A stretch of DNA of 64,000 bases from Macrostomum hystrix (Eukaryota; Animalia; Platyhelminthes). The DNA is taken from assembly GCA_950097015.1 (NCBI GenBank), contig CATNEN010000033.1, forward strand, positions 3,844,001 to 3,908,000, in the 5' to 3' direction. This document shows positions 27,074-40,571 of the stretch, in pieces. The notes beneath the pieces are model-generated. The model had not been told where the DNA came from. It saw nothing but the letters and a program-made list of their open reading frames with translations, and made no database searches. Within the stretch, counting starts at the first letter, position 1, and each line of letters starts with the position of its first letter. Made by a program: the position numbers and the translations under genes.

Positions 27074-27260
27074 AGAAAGTTCTTGAAAAATGTTTGTATT
27101 TCTACTTGAAGTAGACGATCAAGATGCCTAAGAGAAAACATTTCGTTTGCGTTTCTTCTAGAACTTTCCACGTTCTAAAAATAGCACACTTGGGCAAGCG
27201 GGTGACGGGCTGTGTGGAGAGTTCTGGAAGTTTCGCGAAGACGGGCTGCGGTCTATAAAA
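27074..27260 (+). promoter_or_regulatory. hsp70 copy 2 promoter: HSEs at 27074-27088, 27155-27169 and 27221-27240; TATAAAA 27254-27260
   Basis: gTTCt gGAAg tTTCg cGAAg lies 13 nt upstream of the TATA box; mirror image of copy 1. Confidence 0.92.
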
Positions 27261-27427
27261 GAAGGCGATATTGCGGGCTCCTCCATCAGCGAATTCGGAT
27301 CGCAACCGAAGCAAACCAAAAGCCAGAAGCATCTCACAAGCGACTCACAAAGCGTCAGTGCTTTGCGAAGCTATCAATTGAAGCTAGAGAGAAGCGACTC
27401 AAGTTCTGAGAAGCAATTCCAAGCAAC

Positions 27428-29350
27428 ATGGGCAAGAGGAACGGACCCGCAATCGGCATCGACCTGGGCACCACGTACTCATGCGTGGGCGTGTTCCAGG
27501 CAGGCAAGGTGGAGATCATCGCCAATGATCAGGGCAACAGAACCACGCCGAGCTACGTGGCCTTCACGGACACGGAGAGGCTGGTGGGCGATGCGGCGAA
27601 GAACCAGGTGGCGATGAACCCGGAGAACACGGTGTTTGACGCCAAGCGGCTCATTGGTCGCAAGTTCAGCGACGAGACGGTGCAGCGGGACCTGAAGCTG
27701 TGGCCGTTCAAGGTGGTGAGTGACGGAGGCCGGCCGAAGATTGAGGTTCAGTACATGGGCGAGAGGCGCAGCTTCTACCCGGAGGAGATCTCGGCCATGG
27801 TGCTGACCAAGATGAAGGAGACTGCGGAGGCCTACCTTGGCGAGAAGGTGACGGACGCTGTGATCACGGTGCCGGCCTACTTCAACGACAGCCAGCGGCA
27901 GGCGACGAAGGACGCGGGCGCGATCGCTGGGCTGAATGTGCTGCGGATTGTGAACGAGCCGACGGCAGCTGCTCTGGCCTACGGGCTGGACAAGAGCCTG
28001 GAGGGCGAGAAGAACATTCTGATCTTCGACCTGGGAGGCGGCACGTTCGACGTGTCCATCCTGACGGTGTCGGAGGGCAGCATGTTCGAGGTGCGATCGA
28101 CGGCTGGCGACACTCACCTGGGCGGCGAGGACTTTGACAACCGGCTGGTGGAGCACCTGATGCAGGAGTTCAAGCGCAAGTACCGCAAGGACATGAGCGG
28201 CAACGCTCGCGCAGTGAGGCGGCTGCGCACGGCGGCTGAGCGAGCGAAGCGAACTCTGAGCAGCTCGGCGCAGGCGAGCATCGAGATTGACTCGCTGTTT
28301 GAGGGCGTCGACTTTTACACCAGCGTGACCAGGGCTCGCTTCGAGGAGCTGTGCGTCGACCTCTTCCGCCAGACGATGGAGCCGGTGGAGCGAGCGCTGA
28401 GGGACGCCAAGATGGACAAGAGCAGCATCAGCGAGATTGTCCTGGTGGGCGGATCCACGCGGATCCCGAAGGTGCAGAAGCTGCTGCAGGAGTTCATGGG
28501 CGGCCGGTCGCTGAACAAGTCGATCAACCCGGACGAGGCGGTCGCCTACGGTGCGGCAGTTCAGGCGGCCGTGCTGACCGGCGTGAAGGACGAGAAGATC
28601 GAGGACCTGCTGCTGCTGGACGTGGCTCCGCTGTCGCTGGGCATCGAGACCGCCGGCGGCGTGATGACCAAGATCGTGGAGAGGAACAGCCGCATCCCGA
28701 CCAAGGCGACACAGACGTTCACGACGTACTCGGACAACCAGAGCGGCGTCACCATCCAGGTGTTTGAGGGCGAGCGGGCGCTCACCAGGGACAACCACCT
28801 GCTGGGCCAGTTCAACCTGGACGGCATCCCGCCAGCGCCTCGTGGTGTGCCGCAGATCGAGGTGACCTTCGACGTCGACGCCAACGGAATCCTGGTGGTG
28901 TCGGCGAAGGACAAGAGCACCAGCCGGGAGGAGAAGATCACGATCACGAACGACAAGGGCCGACTCTCGAAGGACGAGATCGAGCGCATGGTGCGCGACG
29001 CGGAGAAGTTTCACGCGGAGGACGAGCGGCACCGCGAGCGTCTGACAGCCCGCAACCAGCTGGAGTCGCTCGCCTTCCAGTACAAGCAGGCGGCCGAGGA
29101 CTGCAAGGATCGGCTGGGCGAGAAGGAGGCCGGCGAGGTGACCGCCGCGTGCAACCGCGTAATCTCCTGGCTGGAGAACAACCAGACCGCCGACAAGGAC
29201 GAGATCGCCGAGCAGCAGCGCCAGCTGAGCAGCCTGTGCTCACCTCTCATGGCCAAGCTGCATCAGCAGCAGCAGCAGCAGCCGCCGCCGCAGCACGGAC
29301 CGCAGCGAGCAGGTCGCGCTGGGGGACCAACCGTCGAGGAGGTCGACTAA
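27428..29350 (+). CDS. hsp70: Heat-inducible cytosolic Hsp70, 640 aa, intronless (copy 2; protein identical to copy 1)
   Basis: Same signatures; identical translation in the ORF track. Confidence 0.99.
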   Translation: MGKRNGPAIGIDLGTTYSCVGVFQAGKVEIIANDQGNRTTPSYVAFTDTERLVGDAAKNQVAMNPENTVFDAKRLIGRKFSDETVQRDLKLWPFKVVSDGGRPKIEVQYMGERRSFYPEEISAMVLTKMKETAEAYLGEKVTDAVITVPAYFNDSQRQATKDAGAIAGLNVLRIVNEPTAAALAYGLDKSLEGEKNILIFDLGGGTFDVSILTVSEGSMFEVRSTAGDTHLGGEDFDNRLVEHLMQEFKRKYRKDMSGNARAVRRLRTAAERAKRTLSSSAQASIEIDSLFEGVDFYTSVTRARFEELCVDLFRQTMEPVERALRDAKMDKSSISEIVLVGGSTRIPKVQKLLQEFMGGRSLNKSINPDEAVAYGAAVQAAVLTGVKDEKIEDLLLLDVAPLSLGIETAGGVMTKIVERNSRIPTKATQTFTTYSDNQSGVTIQVFEGERALTRDNHLLGQFNLDGIPPAPRGVPQIEVTFDVDANGILVVSAKDKSTSREEKITITNDKGRLSKDEIERMVRDAEKFHAEDERHRERLTARNQLESLAFQYKQAAEDCKDRLGEKEAGEVTAACNRVISWLENNQTADKDEIAEQQRQLSSLCSPLMAKLHQQQQQQPPPQHGPQRAGRAGGPTVEEVD

Positions 29351-30971
29351 GAGAGCGTCCTTTTACGAGTAGCTTGCTTGACAACTCAACCATCTGAACA
29401 GTTTTTTTTTGAAATTTTAATGACCAGTTGTATGACTATAGTCTTTTTATACGCATTGCAGATGTTATATGTTCGTGTCGTGTCTTGTGTCGTGTCTGTT
29501 ATATTTTAACGCGATGTGGTATGACTTTCTATTCTGTTCTCATTGTCAGAGCACTTTTACAATTTTCTGGTAGTCTTGTACTTATTCATCTAGCCTGTGT
29601 AGTTAATCATTGAATCACACAATATACCGCGCATGTACTTGAGCTGAATGCAGTCATAAATGTTTGCAATCATTCATAGAAATCATTCATAAATGTGCTG
29701 AAGTTTCTTAGTTTTTTTATGAAAAAGGGTAACTAAGTGTACCATCTAATTATGCTGACAAATAAGTGAGATTTTAAGTTAATTTAGAGTAGTCAAACTG
29801 AAATCAACAGAGTCTGAGAAGCCGGCCGCTGATGCAGGACCGTTCTCATGCCCTTAGTTGCGCGCACGCTTTGGTCAACACTCTACAGTCTACCGTATTG
29901 CAACTGGCAATCCGCCATATAAAATATGAGCAAAGAAGGCCAGCAAAGAAAGAATTTCTAAAGATAAGCCTTTGATCCACTTCTAGTCAAACCATCAAGC
30001 GTGCAGTGTGTCGTTCTTCAGCAAAGCCAACGGCCCTATAAACTCTCCAAAAACTTTGTTTCCCATCACTATACTCATTAATGATTTAACAGCTGAATCA
30101 GGACAGACGGTTGTGTTAGACGCACTCGCTGGTGGGCATCAGAATCGTCTCGCGTGGTTGGCCCGCAAGTTGGGTGCCGAGCGCACCTGGCTTCACCGAT
30201 CGCTGCTCCTTAAACGCTAAATCGTTTAGCGTTCAAAAATACAAAGCGGGCATTCATCACAAATCCCTCGAAATTGCGACCTGTCTATCTAGTTTTCTTT
30301 GGTATTCAGGGCGACAGAAATGACACTTCAATGTGTTTTAAACACCGAATACCCTTGTTGTAGAGTATTAGCTCTGGCCCTCCGAAGTAGTAACAGCGTC
30401 TGCAGTCAGTCATATAATATAGAAGGAGTCGTATTTACCTAGATTATACTATGATAGTTTTTATTTTAAAGGGGCAGTACAAGCAAATACAAGCATCTAA
30501 AAACATGCTGATATAACCACTGTTTTCTCATTAGTTTATGTTTTCTTCAGTAGTTAAAAACCAACAAACCTTAGTATAGTACGTGATTAAGCTCTACGGT
30601 AAGATAAAAATACATCTGACTAAACAAATGAACGGCATTAAACTACTATTAAATAGAAAACTGCTAACAGTTTAGATTATGGTGGCAATAAAATATTCTG
30701 AAGGTATTTTTTTGTACTTGAACCTGAAATCGTAGTCTGAAAGTAAATGCCTATTAAATTTCCTCTCATTTCACAATTTACTCATTTTTTGCGTTAGAGC
30801 AGGCCATTCCTACTAGGCCAACTGCGTCAAATCTCAGCTTAAAGCAAGTTATCATCAAGGTTCAGTGCTTGATACGATCTTTTCTGTTTCTATTTACCGT
30901 CTTGTGTAGTACAGTATTGTCGATAGCTAATATATCACCCAGTTTTATCATTGACCTTTGAGAACAATAAA

Positions 30972-31211
30972 ATGGGCAAAGGATATCAAAATTATATGAA
31001 CAAGAAGTTCTTCCATCCTGGAAGCTTCGATAACATAAAGCGCCTATGGATGGCGCAACAGAAAAAAGAATTTGAAGAGAAGAAAGAGGAGGAAAAAGTT
31101 TCTCTCTATCGCAGAGAACAAGAGCAACTGGAAGCTCGAGCGATGCTAGGAGATGAAAAGGCTAAGCTTGGAATTGCTTTCATGTATGACCGACCACCTG
31201 GTGCAGACAAG
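30972..31211 (+). CDS. CIR1: CIR1 (corepressor interacting with RBPJ) coding exon 1, Cir_N domain
   Basis: MGKGYQNYMNKKFFHPGSFDNIKRLWMAQQ...GIAFMYDRPPGADK resembles the CIR1 N-terminus; phase-0 donor AAG|GTAACT at 31211. Confidence 0.88.
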
Positions 31212-32328
31212 GTAACTTGAACTTGAAACTTTTTACACTAGGCTTACTAAATGTTTTCAAATACTTTTAATTTTTTTGCTTGAGCTATGTTTACACTCAT
31301 ATAAAGCCAAATGTGCTTAGAAAACTTAAGGCAGTTAAGTTATAACTAACTAAACTGTTGTTTAGTTATATCTAAACAACATTGAATTTTGTAATAATGT
31401 CATCAATAATTTGCTAATGCTTTTTTATTCATGAATTTTATTAGCTTAGTATTTTTAAAGCCAGCTAAAGACTAAAGCTAATAAGTTGGACAAGACTTTA
31501 TTTAGAGCAAAAAATCTTAGTAGCATAATAATCCAGGGCATTGCTTTTTTACATGTGGACAGTTTTTTGTTTTTAAAATTTGTGCTCTAAAAGAAATCAA
31601 ACTTTTCTTACATGCAAGATTTGATGTAAGGAAATATTTTTGCATATCATTTTTATAGTTGTGTAATAAAATATATGTCCTAGCTGGAGCATGGAGAATT
31701 TAAAGCTAGCAACAATTTACTATTCACTGGGGTCGGTGTCCAACTAATGATTTAGAAGCAGCAGGAGCAACCTGAAAATAAGGATTTAAGTAGCAAATAA
31801 AGCAGAATACATACATGTGCAACCTCCCAAATCTTAGCCGGCCGTGCAACTTAGTTTTTGCTCTCATTTGCAACTTAGTTCGTTTCATTGCTCTATTTAC
31901 GACTTGGTTTGCTCACATTTGCTCTCTTTTTCTCTCCCCTTTTTCCTTTTCTTCACGCCTTCCTTTTTTTTCCATTGGTCCCCCCTTTGATTTTTTTGCG
32001 CTTGGTCAATTGGTTTTTGCAACTTATCTTACTTGGCCCTCATTTCACCTGGCCGAACCGGCCGGGTTGGCCAGGTGTTGTGCATGTATGGCAGAATAGA
32101 TAAGCAATCAAAGGCCTACACATTATCCTTCTGCCTAGCAAAACTCCAAATAAAAAAGAAGAAACACAGAATAAACAAAATACTCATTAAGAATTTGATT
32201 AGTGAGTGATTTAATCATTTTTAGACTTTCTGACTGTAGGTAGCCTATAAGAAAAGGATTTGATTTAACTCTTTTACTCATTCTACTTTGTACAAAAGAT
32301 TATACATGACAAAAATGAGGAAACTTGC

Positions 32329-32931
32329 CAGTGGCGGATCCAGGATTTCTTAAGTGGGGTGGCGGATATGCGAGTACAGAAACTAGAAACTAAGTAATCC
32401 CAATCCATCTATCTTTCATCTATGCTCAATACAAGATCTTGAGAGGATATATCAATTTTTGCATACATTTTAATGCCTAGAGTGGTGCAAATGACTCTGA
32501 CACATGAGGGTAGTAGTAGAAGTTGGCTCGGGTCTCGGGAAGAACTAACCCGTTTTGGCCAATATTGACAATTATATTTAGTGAGTTATCAAGGCTTCAT
32601 TTAAAAGAAAGTCAATGACAATGTGAGAAGACCAACACTATAATATTTTAATTTGAAATTTGAATAGAATGTACGTGTTGCAGTGAGACGCGAATAAGCA
32701 ATCATTTGGTTTGGCTAGAAATAAATAAAACCGAACCGACAATGTTCCATGGGATGCAATTCCATTCCAAGGAAAAGCAGACAGACCATAGAAGCAATGG
32801 AAATATAATGAAGAACTTGGACTTTGTGGGTTGAGGAGCCCAAAATTAAAATATCTCCCTTCCATGCAAGTCCAGCCACGGCGAAAGTGGGGGGGCGGCC
32901 GCCCCCCCGCCCCCCCCTGGATCCGCCACTG
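32329..32931. mobile_element. hAT-type non-autonomous element (MITE), 603 bp
   Basis: 15-bp TIR CAGTGGCGGATCCAG / CTGGATCCGCCACTG; 8-bp TSD AAACTTGC at 32321-32328 and 32932-32939. Confidence 0.92.
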
Positions 32932-35072
32932 AAACTTGCATAGAAAATATTGCAAGCTCACAGCAAGAAGCAAAAATAGGTCCAGGGAAATCAGAAATAT
33001 GATTTTGTTTAAACTGGCCTAGTCATTGCTTTACTCTTCCCAAGAGGCTCCTACAGTCTCTGTTTTCAGTGCTGCCCCAACAGATTGTATTGGTTGGCAC
33101 TCTTTCTGCTTGACAGTGGAGTCTCCAAAAAGAGCACATACTGACTTTGTCTACAAGTGCCTATTTAAACCACCCTTGTCAGTGGTGCGCTCTCAGGATG
33201 GGTAGCAGTGAAAGCTACCTACTGAAAAAGCAGAGTGTGGTCAGGGTAGGGCAGGACAAAACTAAGTGGACTTGTTTGCATATGCTTCAGCTTCTTATGT
33301 AGTGAGACATTTACATAGAGAGTGATAAAAAGTATTTTATAGGGTTATTTTAACCCCAAATTAGATCAATCAGCAAGATGGATGCCCAGCTGTAGCTTGA
33401 GCCAAGGAGACAAATCACAGTAGACTTGCAGCTCCCATCCTGAGCCCTAAGGTGGCTTCTTGCCAAGGGTAGACATGTAGTGAGGCAAGGTTGCTCACTG
33501 ATTGGCAAAGCCCAGGGGTAGCACTTGTGGGGTGGTGGTGTCCACTCCCTGGCTGGTCTGGCCTAGCTTGGCATGAGTGACTCATAGCTAAAAAAAACTA
33601 TATAAAAATAATTTATATGACAACTGAGAAAATCTCTAAATAATAAATAACACAGGCAGACAGAAGGGCAAACAAGCTGACACTACACTTGTTTTAATTG
33701 ATAGTTCTGAATAGATATAAATCAATGCCACCTATAGCCAGTTGTGATTCAGTAGAGTTGTCATGACCTTATCTACTCTAGATTGGCTTTGGCAGAAATG
33801 ATAAGGGAACATGAAGAAGAAAGCCTATTTAATTCAAATCTATGCTTAATAAAACTTAATTTAAGACTTTGTCATATTTGCTGCCAGTTGCCAACATAGT
33901 TTCTGAACTTTAATTGCAACCACACTAAATAGTTTATTTTAGTATTTACCACACAAACAACCACAACCACACTAACATACAGAGACTGCAAACTAATAGC
34001 AAATTTTGAAATGAAGAGAATATATATTGTGATATGTTTCTTTTAGTGCTATGAAGTTAATACTTCAATTATGTTTTCAAAGAAACTACATTATAATATT
34101 AGTGCAAATGAACACCTAAGATTTATGTTAAGGTTTGGAATTTCTTAGCAAGTTTGATGCTATGGTACTCATATTACAATTACAATAGTCTCATACCTCT
34201 AAAATCATTGGCTTTTGTTTTAAATTGATTTATATTGATGATATGGCTGTTTTAATTCTAATTGTGTCCAAATACACTACAAATATATATTTGCAATGCC
34301 AATTAATGTATGGCATTGAAAAATTTGCTTGAGCATTGTAAGCATGTCAGGAATGGCAACAAGAACATTTACTCAATTAAGTAACGACACAATTTAGGGG
34401 TTTGTTGATCAAGTTGATCAAATTTAAAATATAATTTTTTAATGTTAGCCTATTTTAGCAACAATTCAATAAAATATTGATAATTACATGGGGCTATATG
34501 AAAGTTTAGTCCCATAAAATGAAAGGATGCTTCTAGATAATGCCTCAATGTAGAAAGATCAACACTAATTAGGACAGGGAAATGTGAGATTTTGGCCCAT
34601 TTAAGCAAGAAAATTTACCTTATAATAATATATATATTTTATATTTTTCTGTGGCATTGCGATGTATTTAAAATTAGTCATTTCTTATTTATCAGATAGT
34701 GCCTCTATTCAAACAATATGTATCTGAAAAGTCTTTTCTATTGGCGCATTTAAAAAGAGAACTTATTAAATTGCAATTTAAAACATTATAGCAAGTCTAA
34801 AGTCAATGAGATTTTAGATTCTTAACTGTATTTGAATGTTCCCGGAACAGGAAAATACCAGAGGTGGCAAACCCAAGCATCTTCTTGAAAGTGGTTTTAA
34901 GAAAGGATGGGTGATTAGAGCTTTATGTATCTTTTCCTGTTCCGGGACAAATACTTGACTTACTTGACTTAGCGGCAGGGGGCCTCCATGACGGACGCAG
35001 CGAGGAGGCGGCTGGTGCCGCCCATATCGCTAACCCCTGGCAGCCAGACGGCCTCCAGCGAGGTGGTGCCGC

Positions 35073-38000
35073 TCAGGGTGGTCCGTCAGTCGGTTCCGCC
35101 GCGCGATCTTCCTCGCCATAGGCTGGGAAGAAATCAGCTCGGCCGGTATCCCGGAGGAAGTGGGCGAGCTGTGGGATGTTCTCGGGCGAGCAGGCTTCGG
35201 CAAGAGTCGGTGCCGGCCCGAGGTGCTTTAGCCTAGCCCGGGTGAAAGCCGGGCAGTGGCAGATGAAATGCTCGGCGTTTTCACGGCCAGAGCAGCAGAA
35301 GGGACACGTTTCCTCAGGCACGTGGCCTTGGAGGTAGCGGTGTCTGGTGAAGCAGCCATGTCCCGAAAGGGCCATGGTGACTGCTCTCAGGTCTCTGCGG
35401 TTTAGCCTGAGTAAGGCCTTACGCAGGTTGCTAGAGGGGGTTGGCACCGCAGCCCTGGACTGGCGACAGTTCAGGGTGCTAGACCACCTCCTCCGGTGCT
35501 GGGTCTCCATCCAACTTGGTTGATGCTGGAGTTGACAACGGAGATGGGGATCGGGGATTCCGGGCCCAGGCCCATCAGGGAGCTGGCTGCTCCAGCCTTT
35601 GCAAGCTGGTCCGCCATCTCATTCCCTGTGAGCCCGGCGTGCCCAGGGATCCACATCAGCTCCACCTTGTTAGACTGCGCCAAACCGTTTAACTGGGTGT
35701 TGCAGTCCAAGGTGGTTCTGGAGCGAGAGGTGCAGCGACTGAGGGCCTTGAGGGCTGCTTGACTGTCGGAGTGAAAGAAGATCCTCCGACCAGACAGCTG
35801 CCTCTGGCGCAGCTCAGCCGCACAGAAACTGATGGCGAGCATTTCGTTTTGGAAAACGCTTGAGCTCTTGCCACAGTATTGGGAGTGGGTCCAGAGGACC
35901 TCGCCACCCGAGGCGACGCACACCCCAAATCCCGATTTACCGTTCATCAGGGAGCCGTCAGTGTAACAATGGACTGCGGGGTCATCCCAGCAGTCCTTTA
36001 CCTCATTGCGAGGGAAGATGCTGACTTTGTACCTGTGGCTCCGGAGTAAAGTAGCCGGGGCCCCGTCCGAAAGGACGGTGAGCCCTCCACACTCGCCCAG
36101 AGTTTTCAGGCAGAGGTCAGAGTGGGGCAGAAGGGAGCGCTTCGAGAAGGCTCGCGAATTCTGGAAGGATACACCCGCATCAAGGAGACGACGGGTGGAC
36201 TTTGCTGCTTCCCCCTTAACAAAAATGTCAATGGGTGTAGCGTTGAGGAAAGCGTTCATGCCTTCAAAGGGAGTGGAGGGTGGGGCGCCCAGCGTCATAC
36301 GACAGGCTCTGCCCTGCACCCTATATAGCGCCTCCAGGTTTTTCTGGATGCTCATGGCACTGGCCCAGATGAGGCCAGCGTAAGCGACTGACGGTCTAAT
36401 GATCGCCGTGTAAATCCACCAAAGGTTTTTGGGGGTTAGCCCCCAAGTGGTGCCCACGGCTCGCCTGACTTGCGCCAGAATGGCCAGGGCCCTCTTGGCC
36501 TTTGTGGTGATGTGCGGGGTCCAGTTAAGCCTATGGTCTAGCAGGAGACCAAGGCACCGGACCTGCTTTTCCATGGCAATATTCTTGCCATAGAGAGTCA
36601 GAGGCTCAATGGTCCAGCGCAGTCTGCTGGTAAACATAACCGCAACGGTCTTGGACTCAGAGAGTCGGAGCCCGCATTGGTCCGCCCAGCGCACCGCCCT
36701 GTTGATAAAGCCCTGAATGAGGTCCCTGGTGGTTTCCGCCGAGGGGCCCGCGCAGATGGCGGTCACATCGTCTGCATATCCTACCTTCAGGACTGGGTCA
36801 GGCCGAGTGCTTTTTAGCAGCTCATCCATGACGAGATTCCACAGCAGTGGGGTGAGGACGCCGCCTTGGGGCCCTCCTTTTAGGACAGGTGCCGAGAGCA
36901 CCCTGCCTTCGAGGTGGGCCACCACGTGGCGATTCCGGATCATGTACATGACCCAGCGGACGAGGTGGGGGTGAGTGGCCCTGGAAACCAGGGCCTTCTC
37001 AAAGGCTTCGAAAATAACGTTATCGAAGGCCCCCTCAATATCAAGGAAAACAGCCAGGGCAAAACCGCTGCCCAGCACTGCCTTCTCGAGAGTCTCCACA
37101 ATGCAGTGGAGGGCGCTCTCCGTGGACCGGCCCGCCCGAAAGGCGTGCTGGTTTGGTGAGAGCGGGGCCCGCCCTAGCTCTACAGTAAGAAGGCGCCAGA
37201 GCACCAGTCTTTCCATGAGCTTGAGGCAGGTGGAAGTCAAACTTATCGGGCGATAAGACTTGACCGAGCGATAGTCGCCTTTGGCGGGCTTCGGGATGAA
37301 GACGACCCGGGCTTCATGCCACCGCGCTGGTACGTAGCCCAACACGATGCAGGCCCGAAGAAGTCTGCAGAGGAGATGGAGGAAGCGGCCATTTTTTACC
37401 GCTTCATGCAGAAAGGCCGGATATATACCATCTGGCCCAGGTGCTTTAAAAGGATTGAATGACTTAGCCGCGCGAACGATGCGGTCATTTGTAACGAGTG
37501 ACTGAGCCAGGCCCTGACCTCCACGCGAGTGGTCGTCTGGGCCGAAGTGCGCCGGTACACTCGGGAAGAAGTGCTCTAGCATAAGCTCGAGCGTTTCCTC
37601 CGGGCGCTCCGTGATCGAGCCGTCCGGCTTTTTGATCGATGATAGCTTCGAGAAGCGGTCGTTGGTGAGCGCCTTTACCACGCGGGCCGTGGGCCGCGAG
37701 CCCTCAAGCCCTTCGCAGTATTGTCGCCACTTGTCCGCTTTTGCCCTTCTGACCCGGCCCTTAAACTCATGGATGGCGCGAGTATAGGTCTCTTTGTCAT
37801 CAGGGTCGTGCGAGGTTTTCAGCTTCCTCTGGAGAGCCTTAGCTCGGCGTCTTAGGACTCCGAGCTCGGGGTTCCACCAGGGGGCCGATTTTTTGCCTTT
37901 GTAGGCTTTGAGCGGGCAAGCCATTTCGTAGGCCTCTGTGATGGCGCCGCCCAGCAGGGCAGCCACTCCATCCAGGTCCTGCGTGGTTTCCATAGCCATG

Positions 38001-38779
38001 GAGGGGTCAGAATCCCGAAGGCCCTCATGCAGCTTTTGGCTGAACGCGGGCCAGTCGGTGTTTCTGACATTACGCCTCCAAATAGGCTTTTGCTTCTTAT
38101 CGGGGGTGCCGATGTTGAAGCGGATGAAACGGTGGTCCGAGAGCGAGCTTTCGGTCTCCCACACCTCCCACCCCAGCACCCTTGGGAGGATGCCGGGTGA
38201 GGCCAGGGTGACGTCAAGCACCTCAGCCCACCGCCCATTGTCGAAAGTGGGCGTGTTGCCCACATTGCAGAAGTTAAGAGGCGTGCCGCTGACGAAGGCC
38301 AGGAGCTCTTCGCCGCGGTCATTGATTTTTGAGCTACCCCAGTGGGTGTGATGCGAGTTAGCATCTCCCGCGAGGAGCAGCTCGAAGTTTCGTGCCCTGG
38401 CGAATTCACAGAGGGCGACGAGGGTATCGCCGACCACGGGGGCGTCGCCTGCCAGGTAGGCGGATGCCACGAGAGTCAACTTGTTAGGCACAATGTGTGC
38501 AGATTGGATGACGCAGATGTCCCCGTTAGAGAGATCGGGTCTCATCCACGCATTTAAGGCTTTTGCGGCATAGATCAGTGATCTAGGGCGGACAGAGTCT
38601 GCCATGCAGAAGCAGTCATAGCCAGCAGGAATGTTGCTTGGCTTGTTCTTTGATAACCAGGGCTCCTGCACAAGTACAAGGCCCGGCATCATGCGCTCTG
38701 TCGTGCGCATCAGATTGACTGATGCTGCCACGCAGTGCTGGGTGTTAACTTGCAGACATGAAATTCCGGGGATCATCAT
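35073..38779 (-). CDS. LINE ORF2: AP endonuclease, reverse transcriptase, RNase H and C-terminal CCHC, with one frameshift near 35510
   Basis: APE motifs VQEPW, GDANSHH, SDHRFI; RT motifs [13 protein letters not shown]; RNase H motifs [30 protein letters not shown]; [18 protein letters not shown] lies in the shifted frame 35073-35510. Confidence 0.95.
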
Positions 38780-38791
38780 GTAGGCAGAGGT

Positions 38792-40337
38792 CTACTTGGA
38801 GGGGGACCCAGCCAGAAGGCGGTCCTCCTCCTCCGGGTCGATGTCGGTAGCCATGGGCTCCTCCGTGCCCAGGCCCCGAGCCGGAGACGGGAACTCGACG
38901 GGGTCAGCCGCCCAGTCCCCACCCCCGGCCCCGAGCCCAGGCCCAGAGTCGCCCTCAACTGGAGCCGACACCGCTCCCTGGGCCGTGGGAGGGGCGCTCG
39001 AAGGGCCCTGCTCGATGGAGCTGGGCACCTCTGAGGCCTCCCCCGTAGCCCTTGGTTGCGGCGCCTGCCCCGGTGGGCCACCGCGCATCTCAGCGCGCAG
39101 CTGGGCCATCTTGGCGGTTCGCACCACCTCGGAGGCCCGCTGGAGAAGGCCCCGGCGCTTTGTGACACGCGCGGGGCGACGCTCAGAGCTGCCAGCGATG
39201 GCACGCTCTGGCCATTTTTGGCGGGACGACTGGGCCCTGTCCCCAGTCCCAGCCTTGGGGTCCGAGGACCCTTCATTGGCCGACACAGTGGTGGGCCCGG
39301 TCTGACCCCGGGTTTTGTCGGCATCGTAGGCGAAGATTTTGGTCTTCCACAGACCGATGCAGACGTTTGCGCCATCTGGGTAACGGCGTGTCCATTGGTC
39401 GGACAGGCCCAGAATGGCGGTGAAGCCGGTGCCGTCGGGGCGCAGGATCGTGCGGTGCACGATTAGGCCCGCTGTCGGAAGCTCCCGGTTCATCGCGATG
39501 AGGCCCATGCGGAGGTCCTCAGCGCTAGTGACGACGCTTTTCGCCGGGACGAAAATGCGATGTCTTTTGGTCTGCGGTGGCTCGTTCTCCCGGAGGAAGG
39601 CGAGGTCGGCCGCCCAGCTCTGCGTGGGCAACAGCTCTAGGAGCCGCCGCCCTGACTCCGCATCTCCGGGCCAGACAACAAAACACGAGTCCCTGGTAGC
39701 ACTCGCACCGACCGCCAAGGGCTCGCCTTTCAGTTGTAGTTGCCACAGCATAGCGTCTATGCTGCGGCAGATGTCGCTGAGCCGCTCGCCGCTCAGCCGT
39801 TTGCCATCCTTGCCGGTAACCACGATGGCAGGTTGCCTGCGTGCGATGTTGGTATAGGTGGCCCGTGGTCCCGGGCCCTTTCCTGCGGCGTCCCCACTCT
39901 CGGGATTTGCGTCGGCGGTGGGCACGGGGCCCTCCGCCTCCGCTCCTCCTTCGAGCCGAGCCGCCGGCCGGATGGGCGCTGGGACCTCCTTGACCCGCGA
40001 CCCTGGTCTCGGGGCGTCGTGGGCCCCGCCCTGGGCAGGGGCCTGGGCAGGAGGCACAGGGCCCCCCCACCCTAGCCCCCGCCCTAGGCAGAGCCCCTTC
40101 GGCCCCTTTGGCCTGGGCCCGGTCCACGGTCGACGAAGCTGGCTTGCCTTGGGCCAGCAGGCGCCTACGGCGTTTCGCCGCTCCAGAAGTCGCGGAGCGC
40201 GTTGCGCCCCGATCGCCGTGCGAGATGGGCAGCGCGGCATTTGTGGCGGTCGCAGGGGCAGGCCCGGGCGCCGCAGCGTTTGTGACCTTGGGCACCGTGG
40301 TGTCCTCGGCCGTGGTTGAAGATTGGCTGGAAGCCAT
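38792..40337 (-). CDS. LINE ORF1 (gag-like nucleic-acid-binding protein), probably frameshifted near 40060-40130
   Basis: ATG at 40337 opens MASSQSS...SGAAKRRRRLL in one frame; the globular part (AIVVTGKDG...FAYD) and the stop at 38792 are in another frame; ORF2 ATG follows 12 nt later. Confidence 0.75.
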
Positions 40338-40571
40338 TTGCAGCTGCAATGAAAAAAGAGGGGGCTTCCTGTAGACACAGGCAGAGATAACCCACTCAGC
40401 CGCGATCCCAAAGCTGAGCGGGGGCAGCCAAAAAAGACAAGTTACAACCCGGGGTGGGATGCCAGGACCACCGGGAGGAACCGTAGGAGACCAGACTACT
40501 CCCTGGCCAAGCGTCCATCAGCACGGTCAACACTGGGACATTGGAGGGCGCCATTGAGCCAGCGCCGAGGC

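Larger units (their letters stand above)
23306..29846. repeat. Large inverted duplication: arms 23306-26085 and 27068-29846, spacer 26086-27067
   Basis: Arms are reverse complements from the distal HSE to ~500 bp past the hsp70 stop; only two substitutions noticed by eye. Confidence 0.95.

Noticed and set aside
27479-29032. 517-aa antisense ORF (and its mirror at 24121-25674)
   Set aside because: Well-known antisense open frame of GC-rich hsp70 genes caused by codon bias; it is in register with the sense codons.
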